The notes below the pieces were generated by a model that was not told the origin of the DNA, made no database searches, and saw only the letters and a list, made by a program, of their open reading frames with translations. Shown piece after piece: positions 58,793 to 64,000 of a stretch of DNA of 64,000 bases; the first letter of the stretch is position 1; the number at the start of each line of letters is the position of its first letter. Source of the stretch: a candidate division WOR-3 bacterium (lineage in GTDB: Bacteria > Hydrothermota > Tepidihabitantia > B3-TA06); the NCBI GenBank assembly GCA_965649265.1, contig CBFGKC010000001.1:109119-173118 (forward strand). Reading direction: 5' to 3'. Both the position numbers and the translations under genes were made by a program.

Positions 58793-60634
58793 TTAACGTA
58801 TGAGCATGATTTTGGCGTTCTCGACCTTTTGCTGCTGAACGAGTCTTATGAAATAAACGCCATTCGGGGCCGTTCTTCCCTGGTCGTCCAGTCCCTCCCA
58901 GAGAAACTCGCGCATCCCGGTTCCTTTTTGGGAATCGATGAGGGTGGATACGAGCCTGCCTCCGGCGTCATAAATGCCGAGCTGTACGGGGGTCGCAGGG
59001 GCAGAAGAGAGCAGGATGTGCCATGAAGAGTAACTTTTCGAACTGACTGTGAGCGCAACGACATCATTGGACTCCGCGCTGTTTGACGAAGGTAGTTCCA
59101 AAAGTTCGCCTTCATAATTGATTCGCACCTGCTCCAGACTAGGAAGGTTCGCAGGGTTGTCATACTCGAACGTGACCCGATACTGGATGTAGCGTTGATT
59201 GCACCCCATGAGTGCAGTCTCAATTCTCTCATTATCGCACAGTTCGTGCCAGGGATCCTTACCAGTGGAGAATACGGTTGACGCTTCCGTTAGGAAATCG
59301 TCGGGGTGCGCACCGGTTCTTATCGCAACGCGCACCTTGCTCGAGCCAGGACATGATGCATCGTACTCGTATTCGATCCAGTTCAAATCCATCTTTGTAT
59401 CGTAGACGGAGGAGTAGTAAACTTCCTTGTTTTGCCGGTAATAGACGCTTCCGACTTCACGCGAGAAACCGTGGTGGCATCCCAAGTTGTCGAATGATCC
59501 AGAAGGAGTGAAATCAGGTCCCCAGAAGAAGCGAGAACCTCCTCCCCATTCATATTCAAAAAGATCCATACAGCCGTCGTAATTGAAATCGGCTACGATC
59601 CCGCCTGCGCCAACTCCAAATGATTCTGAGAGATCCTCGTAACGGGATGGGGAAATGCCGTCTTCGGCACCCCAGAATATCCTCGGTGGCACACCATCGT
59701 TACCGAAGAAAACCAGATCCAGGTACTTGTCATTATTAAGGTGATTGATCGAACTACCACCGAAGGCCCTGTCCGGTAGGGGGAGGATATAATCGGCTTC
59801 TACAACCTGGGAGGTTCTGTAGACTTCTTTTCCTCCCCAGAGAATAGCAGCGTAGTAAGGTATGTTGGCGGAGTAAACAAGATCTAACCAGCCGTCGTTG
59901 TTCAGATCTGCAACACTCATTCCATGCGGGCCTCCATGCCCGTACTCCACGGTGGTGCGCTTTTCGATGTTGAATCCTTCAGAAGAGCCGTAGTAAATAT
60001 AGTGCTGCTGACCTTGATAGGTATTACCGGCTACAACTATCACGTCAAGCCAGCTATCCTTGTTCAAGTCTGCAACCTCGGGGTTGAATCCCGATTCGTT
60101 CACCGGCAACAGTGTAACGTTTGAAAGATCATATCCCGCCGGACTTCCCCAAAGGATACCCGTATTGTCGTTGTCAAGACATGATATGATCAAGTCAAGA
60201 TAACCATCCTTGTTCAAATCAGCAACTGCAATACCTTCATTATTGTATCCCGGGACGTTAAAGACTTGGGGATTGTTTGGATCGGGACCAGTGTCAGTCC
60301 CCCAAAAGATACGTATTGTTCCGCACATGGCGGTCGTTATCAACTCCGGATAGCCATCCTGGTTCAAGTCGGCTCCGTCACAACCGCCATTTCCTGCGTA
60401 AGAAGTGATATTACCTTGGCTGTAACCTGTGGGTGAACCCCACATAATCCAGCTATGCGCTGGAACATCGATGTATCCATCGTTGTTGAAATCCCAACGG
60501 CCCACAAACTCTATAGCCCCATCTCCAAGCTGAGAGGCGTAAAGGTTGCGTTCAAAAGCTCCGTCGGAGAAGTCTTCCTGGGTAGTTTCAATCCATTCTC
60601 CAGGAGACAAAGCAAGAAAGACGAAGAATAACAT
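58793..60634 (-). CDS. FG-GAP/VCBS-repeat protein with FlgD-Ig/T9SS CTD, paralog 1
   Basis: ATG 60634 after GGAGG. Repeated ADLN.DG.LD. CTD IYDAGGRLV.TL…W.G.D..G…GVYFIRL. Confidence 0.8.
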   Translation of the reverse strand: MLFFVFLALSPGEWIETTQEDFSDGAFERNLYASQLGDGAIEFVGRWDFNNDGYIDVPAHSWIMWGSPTGYSQGNITSYAGNGGCDGADLNQDGYPELITTAMCGTIRIFWGTDTGPDPNNPQVFNVPGYNNEGIAVADLNKDGYLDLIISCLDNDNTGILWGSPAGYDLSNVTLLPVNESGFNPEVADLNKDSWLDVIVVAGNTYQGQQHYIYYGSSEGFNIEKRTTVEYGHGGPHGMSVADLNNDGWLDLVYSANIPYYAAILWGGKEVYRTSQVVEADYILPLPDRAFGGSSINHLNNDKYLDLVFFGNDGVPPRIFWGAEDGISPSRYEDLSESFGVGAGGIVADFNYDGCMDLFEYEWGGGSRFFWGPDFTPSGSFDNLGCHHGFSREVGSVYYRQNKEVYYSSVYDTKMDLNWIEYEYDASCPGSSKVRVAIRTGAHPDDFLTEASTVFSTGKDPWHELCDNERIETALMGCNQRYIQYRVTFEYDNPANLPSLEQVRINYEGELLELPSSNSAESNDVVALTVSSKSYSSWHILLSSAPATPVQLGIYDAGGRLVSTLIDSQKGTGMREFLWEGLDDQGRTAPNGVYFIRLVQQQKVENAKIMLIR

Positions 60635-60752
60635 ATAAACCTCCACACAGTTTATTCGTCTTTTTTTACGGTAAGCTGCTGGATCCTTCCTTGAGCCCAT
60701 CTTGCTCAAATTTGCTCAGAATTCTTCCATGCTTACCCCTCAATAGCGAGAG

Positions 60753-60768
60753 AGCATTTTTTATGCCA
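60753..60768 (-). promoter_or_regulatory. putative sigma54 promoter
   Basis: TGGCAT-AAAAA-ATGCT (GG-N10-GC) on the minus strand. No TTGAC-type promoter seen for this gene. Confidence 0.5.
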
Positions 60769-60907
60769 GTTATCCTCCTTGTTAAGATTCAAATCTTCTA
60801 CACTTACGACACAAACAACCGATGTGTTTTTTATAAAGGTCTTTTTCTCTCATAGATACTGACACTTAAGTATAACTCCACTCGGGTTTGTTATCCTTCA
60901 AAATAGT

Positions 60908-62707
60908 TTAATGCAACATTACAAGCTTTGCTGTCTGACATTCTTCGTTGCCGTTTAATCGAACGAAATATACCCCTGATGGAGGAGGGGTGCTGGAATT
61001 ACCAATCAAACCGCTCCATGTAAGCGAATAGTGTTTTTGGGGCATATTTCCCTTTAAAAGGGTATGAACTCGAGAACCTTTACAATCATAAACAGCCAAA
61101 TCAAGAGGTCCAGAGCTTTTTAAATCGAAAGAAATTTGCCAACACCCCTTTACAGGTGTAACTTTCAAATATCCTGAGGGTAAAACCGAATCTTCGTCTG
61201 CAATGCCTTCCCCCTCGCCATATATAACACGAACCTCCTTTAGAAGCGGTAACAGAACCGGGTTCGCATACTCAAAAAGTGTTTTGTAGCGAAGATACCG
61301 ATATTTGTTTGTAGAATCTTGCGGAATAATATACCGCTCATTTCTGTTTAAAGGAATCCAAGCGGACCAATTATTTACGGTGTCGTAAGATGATCCAAAG
61401 CTGACGAAAAAGTCCACCTTACTAGTGCCGGGGCATGAATCGACCCAATCGAGTTCTACATACCCTAGATCAAGCTGTGCATCGAATACCGAGGAGTAGT
61501 ATTCCTCAAGATATTTCCTCGTATACACATTTCCGATTTCGCGCGAAAAGCCGTGATGGGAAGAGATTCCTAAGAATTTGGTTTGTGAAAACAGAGGACC
61601 GTAGAAAAAGTAAGAGTTTCCGTTTAGATCATACTCGAAAATATCAAGGTTCCCGTCATTGTTGAAGTCCGCCACATAGCCACTAGAACCGACTTCGGGA
61701 CGTTTTGACAAATCATTGTATTGTTCCGGATCGATACCGTCTTGGTCACCCCAGTATATTCTAGGCGGTACATCATCGTTGCCAAAGAAAACTATGTCTA
61801 AGTAACCGTCCTTATCAAGATCTGCAATCGAACTTCCTCCAAAACAATGATGAGACAGGGGAAGATAAAGGTTAACATCCACGTTTTCTCCAGGTTCATA
61901 AGCGTTCTTCGAGCCCCAAAGAATTGCTGCGGAGTCGGGAATATTGCCCGAATAAACAAGATCAAGCCATCCGTCGCAATTAAGATCGGCAATGGACATT
62001 CCGTGTAGTCCTCCTTTTCCGTAAGTCACAGATGTACGTTTGTAAATGGAATATCCTTTTGCCGAGCCCCAATATATGTAGATTTCTTGTCCTGAATAGG
62101 TGTCTCCTGTAATTAAGATTACATCTAGCCATCCATCTTTGTTAAGATCAGCCGCTTCCGGATTATAGCCTGTTTTGTTGCATGGCAAATTTGTTACGTT
62201 ATAGAGAGATAAACCTGTGTTCGATCCCCAAAAAACCGCTGCATTATCGTTGTCTACAGAAGCAATCAAATCCAGATATCCATCCTTGTTCAGGTCGGCA
62301 AGAAAGACACCTTCATTATTGTAGTTAGTAGTTCCTAAGGCTTGGGGTTTAGCAGGATTCGGTCCGTTCTTGGTTCCCGGGTATACCCTAACGGGTTCGC
62401 CTATCGAGGTGGTTACAAATTCGGGATATCCATCAAAATCGAGATCAGCCGCATCGCAACCGCCTCTTCCATAGTAAAGAGTAGTGTCTTCAACCGTATA
62501 CTCCGAAGATTGACCCCAAATTATCCAATTTGAACCTGGAATATCAAGATATTCGTCGTTATTCAGATCAAACCTCCCGACAAATTCTAAAGTCCCGCCA
62601 TCCCTTAAAGAGGCGTATATGTTTCTTTCGTACCACCCGTCTTTGAAATCCTCTTGGGTGGTTTCAACCCATACTCCACCCCATAATAATACCGTAAGAA
62701 AAGACAT
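60908..62707 (-). CDS. FG-GAP/VCBS-repeat protein with T9SS CTD, paralog 2
   Basis: Collinear with 58793..60634 (W.ETTQEDF.DG..ERN.YAS). CTD VYDCKGSRV.TL…GVYFVRL. Promoter TTGACA-N16-TATTAT (62740-62767). Confidence 0.8.
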   Translation of the reverse strand: MSFLTVLLWGGVWVETTQEDFKDGWYERNIYASLRDGGTLEFVGRFDLNNDEYLDIPGSNWIIWGQSSEYTVEDTTLYYGRGGCDAADLDFDGYPEFVTTSIGEPVRVYPGTKNGPNPAKPQALGTTNYNNEGVFLADLNKDGYLDLIASVDNDNAAVFWGSNTGLSLYNVTNLPCNKTGYNPEAADLNKDGWLDVILITGDTYSGQEIYIYWGSAKGYSIYKRTSVTYGKGGLHGMSIADLNCDGWLDLVYSGNIPDSAAILWGSKNAYEPGENVDVNLYLPLSHHCFGGSSIADLDKDGYLDIVFFGNDDVPPRIYWGDQDGIDPEQYNDLSKRPEVGSSGYVADFNNDGNLDIFEYDLNGNSYFFYGPLFSQTKFLGISSHHGFSREIGNVYTRKYLEEYYSSVFDAQLDLGYVELDWVDSCPGTSKVDFFVSFGSSYDTVNNWSAWIPLNRNERYIIPQDSTNKYRYLRYKTLFEYANPVLLPLLKEVRVIYGEGEGIADEDSVLPSGYLKVTPVKGCWQISFDLKSSGPLDLAVYDCKGSRVHTLLKGNMPQKHYSLTWSGLIGNSSTPPPSGVYFVRLNGNEECQTAKLVMLH

Positions 62708-62822
62708 TAATTCTCCTTCCTTTATTTTTCCTCGTGTAAATAATACCTAAGAACAAACGTTTGTCAAGAGACCTTACCCCTCGTTCGTTGAAGGCTTTAC
62801 TAAGGGTCGAAAGAATAGCTCC

Positions 62823-63998
62823 TTACTTTAGTATCAGCCTGAACTCAATCCTGCGGTTCATCGCCCTGCCTTCAAGGGTACTGTTTGATGCCAGTGGGTG
62901 TGTGTCACCGTAGCCGTTACATAAAAACATCTCGGTAGGAAGACCGCACCTGCCTACAAGATAAGACTTTACAGCTTCGGCCCTGGCTTCGGACAAGCGC
63001 TGATTATCCCCGTAGGGCGAATAAATAACCGGGATGCTGTCGGTGTGACCGGCAATCTCGATCTTGAGCCCCCTGTCGGCGTTGTCCTTGAGCACGGGGG
63101 CTATGGAATCGAGTATTGATTCAAACCCGGGGAGAATGTCAGCTTTTCCGGTCTCGAAGTTAAGACGGATAGTCATTAAGATATTACTTTCTTGTTCCCT
63201 TGATACATAAAGATCGGAGTTGAGCGTATCGCCGGCAGGTACCACAATCCTTTCCAGGCGGGGAAAGAGTTTAGGATTATCCGGCTCCACCTTTACCAGG
63301 TATTCTCCGGGGGGGAGGGGATTCGAGCTGTAGGTGCCCCATCCCGGGTTGGTCCGGACCGAATCCTCGACTTCGCCCTTGAATCTGACCGTTGCATCCG
63401 CGGGATTGTCAGAACCTTCCTCTCTCACGAGGCCGGTCACTATTCCATAAGGAATAGAATCGAGCTTTACGACTAACACATTCAACTTCCCCGGTTCAAG
63501 GACGATTGAATCCGATCCTGGGTAGTGATGCGTGGCTTTGGTCAAAACTCCAAGCTCGCCAGGAGTTATCCAGTTTCGACGCAGAGTTCCATTTTGCTTC
63601 TGGACCCCTTCCTCTATAACACCACTCATAGTCACGGTCGCGTCCAAAGGAACCAAGGTGCCGCTATCAACTACTTTAACCAGAACGTCAGCTGTTTGGG
63701 GGCGTTCTTTAAGGTAATGGGAGATGCATATCGTATGAGCGATACCCAGGACGCCGTATGGCTCGAGTGCATACTCAACCCTGAAGCCTTTCCAGTAAAG
63801 AGCCACTCCGCCGGATGGAGCGGCTAAAGCCCCCCACTCGAGTACCGACCTGTTGAGCTTACCGCCAATGCGAATCGCTATGAGGTCAAGAGGTTTATAC
63901 TCCACACCGATGTTTCCTTCAAAACCTGCATCGCTTACGTATCCCCCTTTGAAAGTTGCATATATTCCCGGCAAAAAAGCAAAGGACATACCGGCATC
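62823..63998 (-). CDS. PorV-like barrel + carboxypeptidase-regulatory-like + OmpA-C domain protein, 5'-truncated by the window edge
   Basis: GVEY.P….IR.G…EYA..PYG.LG..H barrel end, two CarboxypepD_reg-like units, OmpA-C NFETGKA…IAGHTD…N.RLS..RA.AV…GYG…P…N….GR..NRRIEF. Confidence 0.8.
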   Translation of the reverse strand, partial: DAGMSFAFLPGIYATFKGGYVSDAGFEGNIGVEYKPLDLIAIRIGGKLNRSVLEWGALAAPSGGVALYWKGFRVEYALEPYGVLGIAHTICISHYLKERPQTADVLVKVVDSGTLVPLDATVTMSGVIEEGVQKQNGTLRRNWITPGELGVLTKATHHYPGSDSIVLEPGKLNVLVVKLDSIPYGIVTGLVREEGSDNPADATVRFKGEVEDSVRTNPGWGTYSSNPLPPGEYLVKVEPDNPKLFPRLERIVVPAGDTLNSDLYVSREQESNILMTIRLNFETGKADILPGFESILDSIAPVLKDNADRGLKIEIAGHTDSIPVIYSPYGDNQRLSEARAEAVKSYLVGRCGLPTEMFLCNGYGDTHPLASNSTLEGRAMNRRIEFRLILK

Positions 63999-64000
63999 AC

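Overview
64 kb bacterial chromosomal window with no rRNA, tRNA, CRISPR array, integrase or transposase that I can recognise. Nine secreted proteins carry T9SS-type C-terminal sorting domains (…GR.V…G(V)YF…), and two PorV/PorQ-like barrel fusions are present. Together with TTGACA/TANNNT promoters, this suggests a diderm FCB-group candidate lineage such as WOR-3/TA06 (inference). The left half (1-36 kb) is accessory-like. It holds tandem T9SS cargo paralogs, two V4R/H-NOX-like (TIGR02265-type) paralogs, a cobalamin riboswitch plus btuB, an AT-rich HEPN/DUF5677-like gene between 42-bp inverted repeats, and an atypical EF-G paralog. It also holds a 13 kb signalling island: a sensor-less hybrid kinase, a DivK-like receiver, a REC-DUF4388-MglA-like pseudo-GTPase, a 1744-aa PAS/GAF kinase, a sigma54 activator with an adjacent -24/-12 promoter, REC-DUF4388, DUF4388 and REC-Roadblock/MglB. 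The right half is mostly housekeeping (hslU, coaD, rsmD, dCMP deaminase, gyrA, pdp, argS, mfd). Notable non-coding patterns: a dispersed 14-3-14 hairpin repeat family with a GGGGACCCC end placed right after stop codons, a strong 16-bp spacer preference in sigma70-type promoters, apparently leaderless housekeeping genes, and 10-bp-period CCTCAG arrays in divergent promoter regions. All calls come from reading the sequence; no database searches were run.
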